A stretch of DNA of 55,357 nucleotides from Gammaproteobacteria bacterium. GTDB taxonomy: Bacteria; Pseudomonadota; Gammaproteobacteria; Eutrophobiales; Eutrophobiaceae. Below the pieces are notes generated by a model that had not been told where the DNA came from, did no database searches, and was given only the letters and a program-made list of their open reading frames with translations. The stretch spans positions 1-55,357 of the forward strand of contig JBNMOP010000002.1 of the NCBI GenBank assembly GCA_051275005.1. Direction: 5' to 3'. A program made the position numbers and the translations under genes. The number at the start of each line of letters is the position of its first letter. Position 1 is the first letter of the stretch. Below, piece after piece: positions 8,950 through 18,551 of this stretch.

Positions 8950-9246
8950 ATGAAACATAGCAGCTGCGGTTTTCTTATTAAAATCTTTTTTCTTGTAACG
9001 ACATTAATTCTGCCGACAATCACTTGGGGACAAGGTTTGCCTGAAGGTGAACACAGGGACAAGGTAATTATGGTGTGTTCAGCCTGCCATGGTATCGACA
9101 ATATATTTAATGCCTCCCAAAAGATGTCAGCAGATGACTGGGAATTTTATGTCTATGAGATGGTTGCCCGGGGGGCACCGGTAGGCAAGGATGATATGAA
9201 AGATATCATTGAGTACCTGGCTGAAAATTTTACAACTAAAAAATAA
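8950..9246 (+). CDS. Mono-haem c-type cytochrome (exported)
   Basis: SD GGGAGG upstream. A signal peptide is present. A single CxxCH motif (CSACHG). The size, 98 aa, fits a small soluble cytochrome c. Confidence 0.75.
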   Translation: MKHSSCGFLIKIFFLVTTLILPTITWGQGLPEGEHRDKVIMVCSACHGIDNIFNASQKMSADDWEFYVYEMVARGAPVGKDDMKDIIEYLAENFTTKK

Positions 9247-9316
9247 CATGCAATCACAAGATTGCTACGATCAGATTACTATTATTAATAATAGCAAGAT
9301 ATTCAGGGGAATTTAA

Positions 9317-11215
9317 ATGAGAGATTTAGTCAACGACCTTGTTAATGCAAAAATATCCAGACGAAGTTTTTTGGCAGGCATGGCGGCCGCCAGTTACAGC
9401 GTAACTGCGGCAAGATCAGCCCTGGCTGCGGTAGAGCCGTTTATCCCTGGATCAGAATTACCCGGAAATTATGTGCGCACAGTTGAAGGCACCGGCGCAG
9501 AACTCATGGTTGAACAAATTAAAGAGACAGGCACAAAATACCTGTTTTGTTCCAATGGGTCTGGTATGGGCCCGATAGCCGATGCCCTGGTGAAACACCC
9601 TGAGATTCAACTCATTCAGGCAACCCAGGAAGGACAGGTGGTGTCCATAGCTGATGGCTATGCCAAGGTTACAAAAAAACCGGCCTTTGGGATGTATAGC
9701 CGGGTAGGCTTGCCCCATTCAACTTCAAATATGTATAACTCCATGAAGGACCGTACCCCATTGGTCATCATGAGCGATCATTCAAATTCACCTCGTGAAG
9801 GAACAGACAGCCACGAGGATATCGATAACTGGATCGAGGCCATTCGCTTTTATACCAAGTGGCGCTGGGAGGCCCATAAACCAGATCGACTTGCAGAATG
9901 GGTACGTCGTGCTTACAAGGTGGCGAGTGTATTACCATGCGGGCCTACTGCATTACGGATCCCCCGTGACTATATGTATACCAAGACCACAAGTCCGATC
10001 TTTTCTGGTGAGGCATTAAATGTCCCTATGGAAATTCGCCCTGATACCTCAGAGGTAGAACGGGCCGCCAAGATTATATTGAGTGCAAAGTCACCATTGA
10101 TGAAGGTTGGTCCAGAGGTCAGTCAATGTGATGCCCGTGCTTCAGTAGTAGAACTATGCGAACTGGTGGGTATACCGGTGATCCAACATCGAAGTTTTTA
10201 TTGTGATTTTCCAAATACCCATGACCTTTGGTTGGGAGAAAATCAAACTGTCCCTGCCTATGTGCGTGCATACAATCAACCCATCGATCTTTATCTAAAT
10301 TTTGGTGCAAGGCAGGATCCAGGTGGATATGGCAGGCGCGGAACAGCAGTAAGGGAGATCCACGCAAGCGTCGATCAAAATACGATTGGAAGAAACTCAC
10401 CAACCGTGAGTAATCTGGTTGGCAATTTAGATGCAGTGGCAAAGGATTTAATCGATGCCATTAAAGGTATGGCCAGTGCTTCACAATTGAAGCAACTCTC
10501 AGCAGAAAGACGCCGAGTCGCTGGAGGCTTGACACAATCCTTCATAGAAGCACGCCTCGAGGCCGGCAGATTAAGTAAAGGCTCACCTGTACCCTGGCAA
10601 CGATTGGTATATGAGTTACGTCAACAAATGGAGCCCGATGCTGTCATTGTTGAAGAGCAAGGTACTGAATACAAATCCATCGGTAATTTCCCTTTTGCAG
10701 ACGATGCCATGATGAAGATTGGTAGAACAGAGGGACGGGCACTAGGTTGGGGTGTGGGTGCATCGGCTGGCGTAAAACTTGCCTTACCTAATAAACAGGT
10801 AGTTTCCTTACTGGGCGATGGCGGATTCCTTTTCGGTCAAACAGATTCACTGTGGACCATGTCACGTTATGACATCCCGGTCATGTCGGTGGTTTATAAT
10901 AATGGTACATACGAAGAGACCCGTTGGAACATCATGGGCCAAATGGGGGCTGCAGGTAAGGCAAATCGTGACTATGTATCCTATCTGGGTAACCCACGGG
11001 TAGATTTTACCAAGTTGGCCGCTGCATATAATATCCCGGGAGCGGTGGTAAAAAATTCGGACCAATTAAAAGGGGCTATACGAAAAGGTCTACGTACCCT
11101 TGCTGAGGGTCGGCCATTTATGCTGGATGTGCATACACGTACCCTGGGCCTCGGTTCAGAATTGACCGAGTACCAGAAATATTCTCTGGCGGAACAGCGC
11201 ACCAGGAAAGTTTGA
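9317..11215 (+). CDS. Tat-exported thiamine-diphosphate-dependent enzyme (acetolactate synthase / benzoylformate decarboxylase superfamily)
   Basis: Twin-arginine leader SRRSFLAGMAAA...SALA (RR codons 9359-9364). Pyr-domain Glu context ATQEGQVVSIADGYAK. ThDP-binding motif GDG-X25-NN at 10814-10903. The ~630-aa three-domain size fits the family. Confidence 0.85.
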   Translation: MRDLVNDLVNAKISRRSFLAGMAAASYSVTAARSALAAVEPFIPGSELPGNYVRTVEGTGAELMVEQIKETGTKYLFCSNGSGMGPIADALVKHPEIQLIQATQEGQVVSIADGYAKVTKKPAFGMYSRVGLPHSTSNMYNSMKDRTPLVIMSDHSNSPREGTDSHEDIDNWIEAIRFYTKWRWEAHKPDRLAEWVRRAYKVASVLPCGPTALRIPRDYMYTKTTSPIFSGEALNVPMEIRPDTSEVERAAKIILSAKSPLMKVGPEVSQCDARASVVELCELVGIPVIQHRSFYCDFPNTHDLWLGENQTVPAYVRAYNQPIDLYLNFGARQDPGGYGRRGTAVREIHASVDQNTIGRNSPTVSNLVGNLDAVAKDLIDAIKGMASASQLKQLSAERRRVAGGLTQSFIEARLEAGRLSKGSPVPWQRLVYELRQQMEPDAVIVEEQGTEYKSIGNFPFADDAMMKIGRTEGRALGWGVGASAGVKLALPNKQVVSLLGDGGFLFGQTDSLWTMSRYDIPVMSVVYNNGTYEETRWNIMGQMGAAGKANRDYVSYLGNPRVDFTKLAAAYNIPGAVVKNSDQLKGAIRKGLRTLAEGRPFMLDVHTRTLGLGSELTEYQKYSLAEQRTRKV

Positions 11216-11308
11216 TACGTTACAAAATCGAGACGATAATTATTTTTTAGATTATCAATACTGGGTATTTAATTTAATCTTAATATAGTACGAGTGGGGG
11301 AGTAAAAA

Positions 11309-13225
11309 ATGGCAAACCGACGAAATTTTTTGAAAGGTGTAGGTGTTGCTGCGGCATCATCTGTCGCTGCGGGTAAAGTCACAGCACAAACTTCACCAGC
11401 CGCCAATACAGTTTCAGCACTCCCTCCCAGTGCCCATGCAGAAGCCATGGAGCTGTCTATACCCGAGGGCTATAACGAAGACGAGACCAAACATCATTTT
11501 GTCCAGAGCGCCGGATCGGACTTCATGGTGGATGTTATCAAGTCTTTGGATATTGATTATATTTCCTCTAACCCAGGATCCAGCTTTCGCGGATTGCAGG
11601 AATCCATTTCTGTTTACGGTGGAAATAAAAAACCTGAATTTCTGACTTGCCTGCATGAAGAATCCGCTGCCGCTATGGCACATGGCTATGCCAAGATAGC
11701 CCAGAAACCTATGGGTATGGCATGTCATGGAACCGTTGGTCTGCAGCATGCATCCATGGCGATATACAATGCATACTGTGATAAAGCACCCATGGTCATC
11801 TTTGCCGGAAATCACATGGAGGCTACGGGTCGTCGGCCCGGTGCCGAGTGGCACCATTCTGCTCTGGACTGTGTCAAGCTGGTACGGGATTTTATCAAGT
11901 GGGATGATACTCCACTATCACTGACCCATTTTGCCGAATCCACTGTGCGTGCTTACAAGTTAGCGGTAACCCCACCCATGGGGCCAGTGGTAATTCAACT
12001 CGATGGTCATCTGATGGAAGAGGATACCCACGGTGTTGTGCCCGCTATACCAAAATTCACCTATCCACAACCACCCCATGGTGACACGGGTGCATTAAAA
12101 GAGGCGGCCAAGTTACTCATTAACGCAGATAACCCGGTTATTCTTGCTGGCAGTACCGCAAGGACACCTGCAGGGATGGCGTCACTGATTGAGTTGGCTG
12201 AATTGTTGCAGGTACCGGTTTCGGGTGGTGGACGAATGAATTTCCCCAACACTCACTATCTGAATCAAGGGGGTAGAGGACTGATACGTCAGGCAGATGT
12301 GATCCTGGGCCTGGAGCAAAATGGGCTTTGGGATACTGTAAACAGCATGCGCGACCTGGTGCATCGAAGCTCGGTAAGAGTGGCCAAAGATGATGTTAAG
12401 CTCATTAGCCTGGGTTCCAATGATCTGTTTATGAAATCTAATTACCAGACCTTCCAACGCTTTCAACCCGTGGATCTGGATATTACCGGTGATGCCGAGG
12501 CGTCATTACCTTACCTTATTGAAGAAGTAAAAAAACAAATGCCGCGTTCTATGCGTTCTAAATTACAGGAGCGAGAAAAACGATTTCGCAAATCATATGA
12601 ACAAATCATAGAAGGCGTACGACAAGCCGCTGCCCTGGGTTGGAATCAAAGACCTGTCAGCATTGATCGAGTGAGCATGGAACTATGGGATGTGATGAAG
12701 GAACGTGACTGGTCTTATGTTGGCAGGGTCCCTCCTGCTGCCAGGTTATGGGACATGGATAAGCACTATCATCATATTGGTGGCTCAGGTGGTGCGGGTG
12801 TAGGCTACAACCTCCCTGCCTCAATCGGTGCGGCATTGGCAAACAAGGAGCATGGAAGATTTTCAGTTTCTATACAACCCGATGGCGATTCACTCTACGC
12901 CCCAGGGGCATTATGGACTGCCGCCCATCACAAGATACCCATACTTATGGTGATGCATAATAATCGTTCCTATCACCGCGAGGTCATGCATTTACAACGT
13001 ATGGCCACGCGTAGACAGCGTGGTGCCGATGGTGCTGGCGCTAAGATTGGTAACGTGTTCGAAGACCCACATATAAACTTTGCCACACTGGCGCAATCAT
13101 TTGGTGTTTACTCTGAAGGCCCTATCACTAATCCTGATGATCTTGGGCCGGCAATAAAAAGGGCAAGTGAAATAGTCGATCAGGGTATGCCTGCATTAGT
13201 CGACGTCGTTTGTCAGCCTTCTTAA
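11309..13225 (+). CDS. Tat-exported thiamine-diphosphate-dependent enzyme, divergent paralog of the preceding gene
   Basis: Leader NRRNFLKGVGVAAA...VTAQ. Pyr-domain CLHEESAAAMAHGYAK. ThDP motif variant GDS-X22-NN at 12884-12964. SD GGGGGAG upstream. Confidence 0.85.
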   Translation: MANRRNFLKGVGVAAASSVAAGKVTAQTSPAANTVSALPPSAHAEAMELSIPEGYNEDETKHHFVQSAGSDFMVDVIKSLDIDYISSNPGSSFRGLQESISVYGGNKKPEFLTCLHEESAAAMAHGYAKIAQKPMGMACHGTVGLQHASMAIYNAYCDKAPMVIFAGNHMEATGRRPGAEWHHSALDCVKLVRDFIKWDDTPLSLTHFAESTVRAYKLAVTPPMGPVVIQLDGHLMEEDTHGVVPAIPKFTYPQPPHGDTGALKEAAKLLINADNPVILAGSTARTPAGMASLIELAELLQVPVSGGGRMNFPNTHYLNQGGRGLIRQADVILGLEQNGLWDTVNSMRDLVHRSSVRVAKDDVKLISLGSNDLFMKSNYQTFQRFQPVDLDITGDAEASLPYLIEEVKKQMPRSMRSKLQEREKRFRKSYEQIIEGVRQAAALGWNQRPVSIDRVSMELWDVMKERDWSYVGRVPPAARLWDMDKHYHHIGGSGGAGVGYNLPASIGAALANKEHGRFSVSIQPDGDSLYAPGALWTAAHHKIPILMVMHNNRSYHREVMHLQRMATRRQRGADGAGAKIGNVFEDPHINFATLAQSFGVYSEGPITNPDDLGPAIKRASEIVDQGMPALVDVVCQPS

Positions 13226-13236
13226 GGAGTATGTTA

Positions 13237-13632
13237 ATGATAAATAATTTTAAGGTTGGATCTTGCTTCTCAATAGGATTATTGTTTTGCCTGGTAAGTT
13301 TTTCAAACATGGTTTCAGCACAGGGTGCAACGTTGGATTATTATGGTGAGATCAATGAATCAGAACATCCCCCTGGTTATCAGGATTATGTAGAAATGGG
13401 TTGTTTCCAATGCCACGGCTTCCAGGGCCAGGGTGCCAACAGTCCAAAACTGGTGGCGCCAGTAATCCCTTATGATGGCTTCGCCAACCAGGTCAGGCGT
13501 CCCAGGAATACCATGCCGGCCTATTCGCCCAATGTTTTGAGTGAAGCGAAGTTACGGTCTATCTATTCTTATTTACAAAATATTCCACCGTCACCAGACC
13601 CCTCCGAGATTCCACTTTTATCCGGAGATTAA
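13237..13632 (+). CDS. Mono-haem c-type cytochrome (exported)
   Basis: SD AAGGAG (13224-13229) overlaps the upstream stop, and ATG 13237 lies 7 nt downstream; the listed start 13210 overlaps the ThDP gene. Signal peptide ...NMVSA|QG. A single CxxCH (CFQCHG). A downstream Met (NTMPAY) is a candidate axial ligand. Confidence 0.75.
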   Translation: MINNFKVGSCFSIGLLFCLVSFSNMVSAQGATLDYYGEINESEHPPGYQDYVEMGCFQCHGFQGQGANSPKLVAPVIPYDGFANQVRRPRNTMPAYSPNVLSEAKLRSIYSYLQNIPPSPDPSEIPLLSGD

Positions 13633-13920
13633 TAGATATAGTTACAGATATTTTTATCTGGTAGATATGTCTCTCTTTATTGGGGAAGTATCCTGATTAT
13701 CCTGGGGGAGAGGCGACCTTTATTATTCCTCCGGTGCATTTATCTTTATTAAGCCAAAGCAGCTTTAATAAAAATTGTTGTATAAATATCACACTACTAT
13801 TTCCATTAAATATTAGCGTATAAATATATTACTGTTGGATTGGTATTACTCCGTATCATTTTGTATACTGTAAGATTAGAGGTGTAACCAATTCATAAAT
13901 TTAAAAGACGGGGGAGCTCC

Positions 13921-16698
13921 ATGTCTAGATATATTCATCCCAATGTAGTGCTATGTGCAATCATTTCAACACTCATGCTCAGTCCCATGCTGTTATCGGC
14001 ACAGGTTCTGGAAGAAATTGTTGTTACCGCCCAGCGTCGTGTTCAGAGCCTGCAAGAAGTACCTATCTCCATTGAGAGTTTCGCCGGTGCTGAGCTACAG
14101 CAACAGGGATATCGTAATCTCGATGACCTGGCCAATTTTTCTGCAACCGTGCTGGTAAATGACGAAGGCTTTCTTTCAACGGAAAGGACCGTACGCGGAT
14201 TTGGCACCTCGGGTAATGCCCTTACAGTAGAGCAGGCAGTGCCAATCTTTGTAGATGGTATCCATCATGGACGCGCAGGCCAGGTGAAAAATGCCTTTCT
14301 GGACGTAGAACGTCTAGAGGTGTTGAAAGGTCCGCAGCCAGTGTTCTTCGGTATGAGTGCCACTGCGGGTGCATTTAACATTCAAAGTCGCCGTCCCACA
14401 GATACCTGGGAAGGGTATATCGATACGGAATTCGGTAATCGGAAAAAAGGGACGTTGGAAGCCGCGATTGGTGGACCAATATCAGATACCTGGGGCATCC
14501 GCTTTGCTGGGAAATATTCGACCTCGGAAGGTTTTATGAAGTCCGTCATTGATGGTAGACCTGTCGGGGATTATGAAGACCTGGGTGGCAGGGTGATTCT
14601 TGAATGGAAACCCACCGATAACTTTCAAGCTGCATTAAAGCTTGAAGCCACAGCTATCGATAAGTTCCCAGAAGCCAGACATGTCTGTCTGACGGCAGGC
14701 AGTATGATCTTCGGTCGTCAAGATCCTACCCGCGCCGGCGACACTGGTAACGATCGATCGATACATGCGCCGCCACCCAAGGGAGAAGGATTCAACCAAA
14801 ACGTCAGTACTGACAGCAACTGTTTCGGCAGCAATAAGGGTATAAGTGCAGGCGGACCATGGTTTGCAGCGCCGTTTCGTCTTCATGAAGAAAATACAGA
14901 CACCGGTAGCATAGATGTTCGAAATACTCTCGATGCCTGGAACAAACAATTATGGGAACAAACTGACGGCAAGGCAGGCAGTCCCTACGGGATCCAGGGT
15001 ATCGAAGAGATTGGTAACCAAGAAGGATATTTGGATCTGGGGTATACCATGGACAATGGTATTCAGGTCAATTCACTCTCTGGATACAGTTATTTCAAGA
15101 GGCTGAATGTGCGCGACAACAGTGATTCACCATTTTATCATAACCAGCAAGACCGTGTGGAGATTTTTGATCAGATCAGTTCTGAATTACGATTTACCTC
15201 ACCGAGCGGGGGTACAATTGAATGGATGGGTGGTTTCTTCTGGCAGAAGACCGGTTATAACATCACCGCCAACCATGCGACTGCAGTTGTTCGTCGAGGT
15301 CTGCGATACAATGATCACATACGGGAAGATCAGGAATGGAAGTCAGCATTTGCCTCTGTGACCTTTAACTTCCTGGACGACCGCGCTTCCATAGATTTGG
15401 GTGGTCGTTATGTCGATCTGAATAAGAGTGGTGCTGTGTCTGGTGTGGCCGGGCAGTTTTTATTTGATTCAATGCCTTGCGCAGGTGATAGAGCTCTGGA
15501 TCATTTAGGCCTGGGTAATGCCGATCCTGCGACTTGTACACCAGATCCAAACGGACTTCAGATTGCCGCAGCCGATGCAGCTATCGTGCTGCCGGGTGCC
15601 GATACCTCAAATCTCTGGATGCTGGATTATAATTCCAACACGGGACGCATAGTACCAACCAACTGGCGCAGCCCAACAACGTCAGCAGTGGGGATCTTTA
15701 TCTATCCGAACCGGGCAGTGAATACCCTTAACGGCCCGAGAAGAGGTCGCGGACTTCGACGAGCCCCCTTCGTTGATGGCCGAGTGGAAGACGGAGTAGA
15801 ATGCTGTGATTTTGGATCAAAGGAGTTCGACCCTCAGGTTACCCTGCGATATAGGTTCAATGACGAACACTCGGTATTTGCCCGTTGGGCCCAGGCCTTT
15901 AAGGCAGGTGGCTTTGACACCGGCGTCACCACCATCAACTCAAGTGTTGATGATTTTCGTTTTGATGCGGAAAATGCCCAGACCTTTGAGTTTGGTTCCA
16001 AGGGTAATCTCTTTGATGGTAGTGCCCGGTATGACCTCACGTTCTTCAGAACAGATTTTAATGACTTCCAGATCACGGTTCCCACAGGCATCGAAGGTGA
16101 TCCCTTCCTCAACGCCAATGCTGGTAAGCAGCGGGTGCAGGGCATAGAGTTCGGTTACACACATGCCTTGTCAGACCGTTTGACCATGGGACTGGCGGGC
16201 GCCTGGATGGACGGGGTGATGAAGATCTTCCCGGCAGGTGGATGTACCGACGAGGAAACAAGAACGGCACCGGCATCGGGTTGTGTCCTGAATACTCCAG
16301 GAGACCCAGATAGTGGCGGTAGCATTGACCGTTCCGGTGAGGAATCACCGAAGACGCCTGATTACAAGTTGGTCCTCAGTCTGGATTACTGGATGCCTAT
16401 TGGTAGTTTAAAGGGCATGTGGAATTTCAAAGGATACGTCTCTGATGGTTACTTAACCGATGTGAACGGTTTCAGTAAGGAAGTTAAGTTTAACAAGCAT
16501 GAAGATATTAACACTTCTCTGAGTATCGGTGACATGGAAGATAAATGGACGATTTCACTCTGGGGTCGTAACTTGTTAGAGGCCAGACCATCTTACAATG
16601 CGGAATTCGATACTCTACCTGATGGCTTTCTGGGTGCTTCCGTGTCTCCCAATAACTACATGTCTTATGGTGTGAAGTTCCGTTATAATTACCAGTAA
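13921..16698 (+). CDS. TonB-dependent outer-membrane receptor (large type, 925 aa)
   Basis: A signal peptide is present. The plug signature is LEEIVVTAQRRVQSLQEVPISI...VRGFGTSGN...VERLEVLKGPQ. A long beta-barrel region follows. It is a paralog of 41418..44204. Confidence 0.9.
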   Translation: MSRYIHPNVVLCAIISTLMLSPMLLSAQVLEEIVVTAQRRVQSLQEVPISIESFAGAELQQQGYRNLDDLANFSATVLVNDEGFLSTERTVRGFGTSGNALTVEQAVPIFVDGIHHGRAGQVKNAFLDVERLEVLKGPQPVFFGMSATAGAFNIQSRRPTDTWEGYIDTEFGNRKKGTLEAAIGGPISDTWGIRFAGKYSTSEGFMKSVIDGRPVGDYEDLGGRVILEWKPTDNFQAALKLEATAIDKFPEARHVCLTAGSMIFGRQDPTRAGDTGNDRSIHAPPPKGEGFNQNVSTDSNCFGSNKGISAGGPWFAAPFRLHEENTDTGSIDVRNTLDAWNKQLWEQTDGKAGSPYGIQGIEEIGNQEGYLDLGYTMDNGIQVNSLSGYSYFKRLNVRDNSDSPFYHNQQDRVEIFDQISSELRFTSPSGGTIEWMGGFFWQKTGYNITANHATAVVRRGLRYNDHIREDQEWKSAFASVTFNFLDDRASIDLGGRYVDLNKSGAVSGVAGQFLFDSMPCAGDRALDHLGLGNADPATCTPDPNGLQIAAADAAIVLPGADTSNLWMLDYNSNTGRIVPTNWRSPTTSAVGIFIYPNRAVNTLNGPRRGRGLRRAPFVDGRVEDGVECCDFGSKEFDPQVTLRYRFNDEHSVFARWAQAFKAGGFDTGVTTINSSVDDFRFDAENAQTFEFGSKGNLFDGSARYDLTFFRTDFNDFQITVPTGIEGDPFLNANAGKQRVQGIEFGYTHALSDRLTMGLAGAWMDGVMKIFPAGGCTDEETRTAPASGCVLNTPGDPDSGGSIDRSGEESPKTPDYKLVLSLDYWMPIGSLKGMWNFKGYVSDGYLTDVNGFSKEVKFNKHEDINTSLSIGDMEDKWTISLWGRNLLEARPSYNAEFDTLPDGFLGASVSPNNYMSYGVKFRYNYQ

Positions 16699-16717
16699 GA
16701 AACACATTTGTAATGTG

Positions 16718-16748
16718 AAAAAACCGGGGCCAGTCCCCGGTTTTTTTT
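16718..16748 (+). terminator. Rho-independent terminator
   Basis: Stem CCGGGG (16724-16729), loop CCAGT, stem CCCCGG (16735-16740), then T8 (16741-16748). It begins 20 nt after the receptor stop codon. Confidence 0.8.
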
Positions 16749-17003
16749 GCCTGATAAAAACCAGGTGACAAGTATCTTAAGGTCCAAAACTTAATAATGT
16801 AGTGATTGGGATAGTAATCATTGACGTCACTTTCATTCCGATGCTAAGTTGATATCGGCCTCTCCGTAAATTCGAGCGCTATGAATGTGTTGTGGAATGT
16901 GACGGGCAAAAAGTTCTTACCATCTCAAAACAATACTTAGTCCTCAATTTATGGGTGGCAGGGTGTATTTTATAATATTAATAAACATGGCCTTTGTATC
17001 AGG

Positions 17004-18479
17004 ATGAGATCAGACAGGAGTGAACATATAAATATTTTATCAATACGCATCGCATCAATATTTATTGTACTTGTTGCCATACTTACAGTTCATTTGAATG
17101 TTCAATCCCAGCAATCTAATCCAACGGATGAGCTGGTGATACAAGGCGGGATACTTTTAGACATGGTGGGTGATGAGGCCAGTCCTGTTCCGTTAAAGGG
17201 TTTGGTTATCAGGGATGGTGTGATAACCCAAATTATTGCAGCGAATGCCAGTGAAGACCTGCCCAATGCAGCAAAGACAATTGATGCCTCTGGTAAATAT
17301 ATCTTGCCGGGTCTAATCGATGCCCATATCCACTTCAGGCCATGGACACCCAACGCATCGATTTGGCGTAGGGGTAATCTGCATTACGGCGTAACAACTA
17401 TCGTCGACACTGGTCCCTGTGGGGTCACCTGCAAGGTGGAAGAACCCAATGACTGGATAGTGCAATACAAGGATTTCATGAACAACTCCCCGCAATCGGA
17501 TGGGCCGACACTGTATATGACTGGCAGAAAACTCGATGGGCCCGACGGGAGATTTCAACCCCATTCTGTTCCATTAAAAAGCCTAGATGAAATCCCACAG
17601 TACCTGGATCACCTGGTTAGCCTGGGCGTGGACGCCATTAAGGCTGAGAAACAATTACCGCCAGACTTCCGCGGCAAGATAGTAGAAGAGGCGGATAAAC
17701 GAGGTCTGATGGTGGTAGGTCATTCCAGGGACGCACTGGAATCCATTGGTGTTGGCATGCGTTTCATTGAACACATGTGGCCCATCACCTCTTCACTGCT
17801 TATGAGTGATCCCGGCGTCTCCCTGGACTCACCAGGTCATGATTACCTTATGGACCTGGGCAGGGCGCAGCCACTCATCGATCTGATGGTAGAAAAAGAG
17901 GTGTATATCAATCCCACCATGATGGGACGATATGGAGATCTCACTGAACGCGCCGCTAGTTTTGAGGCAGAAGACACCGTATTGTTATCCTATGGGCAGG
18001 TCTACAGCGATACGCCAGCAGAAATACATCAGAGGATCTTTCGTGGACACCGTTTACCTGAGGACATTAGCGATACCGAAAAAGGTCAATGGCAAAGCGG
18101 ATTCGTTAAGATACAGGCATTCATCAAGCGCTTGAGTGAGGCGGGCGGCCTGGTCATTGCCGCAACTGATAACACAGAAGGACGTTTGCCCGGTGTAACT
18201 ATGCACCGTGAAATGTTGTTGCTCGCCGATGCCGGCATTGCGCCTTACAAGGTACTTCTGGGGGCTACACGATGGCCGGCGGAAATGATGCATAAAGAAA
18301 ATCTTATCGGCACGGTTGAAACCGGTAAACAAGCAGATATCATCTTATTGAGCTCCAATCCCTTGGAGGATATCAGTAATAGCGAGAGTGTGGATTATGT
18401 GATCAGGAAAGGGAAAATTGTCAAAAGCCCTGATTATTGTTCTGTTATTATTCCACCCATATCACATACCTGTAACTAA
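17004..18479 (+). CDS. Exported metal-dependent amidohydrolase (imidazolonepropionase-related, COG1228-like)
   Basis: Hydrophobic signal/anchor segment. HxH strand LPGLIDAHIHF. Later His and Asp contexts VVGHSRD, IEHMWP and VIAATDN. C-terminal ETGKQADIILL is typical of the family. Confidence 0.8.
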   Translation: MRSDRSEHINILSIRIASIFIVLVAILTVHLNVQSQQSNPTDELVIQGGILLDMVGDEASPVPLKGLVIRDGVITQIIAANASEDLPNAAKTIDASGKYILPGLIDAHIHFRPWTPNASIWRRGNLHYGVTTIVDTGPCGVTCKVEEPNDWIVQYKDFMNNSPQSDGPTLYMTGRKLDGPDGRFQPHSVPLKSLDEIPQYLDHLVSLGVDAIKAEKQLPPDFRGKIVEEADKRGLMVVGHSRDALESIGVGMRFIEHMWPITSSLLMSDPGVSLDSPGHDYLMDLGRAQPLIDLMVEKEVYINPTMMGRYGDLTERAASFEAEDTVLLSYGQVYSDTPAEIHQRIFRGHRLPEDISDTEKGQWQSGFVKIQAFIKRLSEAGGLVIAATDNTEGRLPGVTMHREMLLLADAGIAPYKVLLGATRWPAEMMHKENLIGTVETGKQADIILLSSNPLEDISNSESVDYVIRKGKIVKSPDYCSVIIPPISHTCN

Positions 18480-18551
18480 TATCTCAGCTTACGGTTATAC
18501 TATTTTATAAAGTAATACCATATCTACACAGATTCTCCGGGGGAAACAGTC

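Noticed and set aside
8085-8950. A visibly AT-rich patch around the 196-aa gene might be a horizontally acquired insert.
   Set aside because: There are no flanking direct repeats, integrase or tRNA. The gene has a normal signal peptide and sits in the same orientation as its neighbours. The composition was judged by eye only.
13633-13920. The 5' leaders of the large TonB-dependent receptor genes (13633-13920 and 41046-41417) might contain a riboswitch, for example cobalamin or ThDP.
   Set aside because: I found no B12-box-like GCCACTG core, no THI-box-like CTGAGA element, and no sequence shared between the two leaders. Covariance-model scanning would be needed to exclude this properly.
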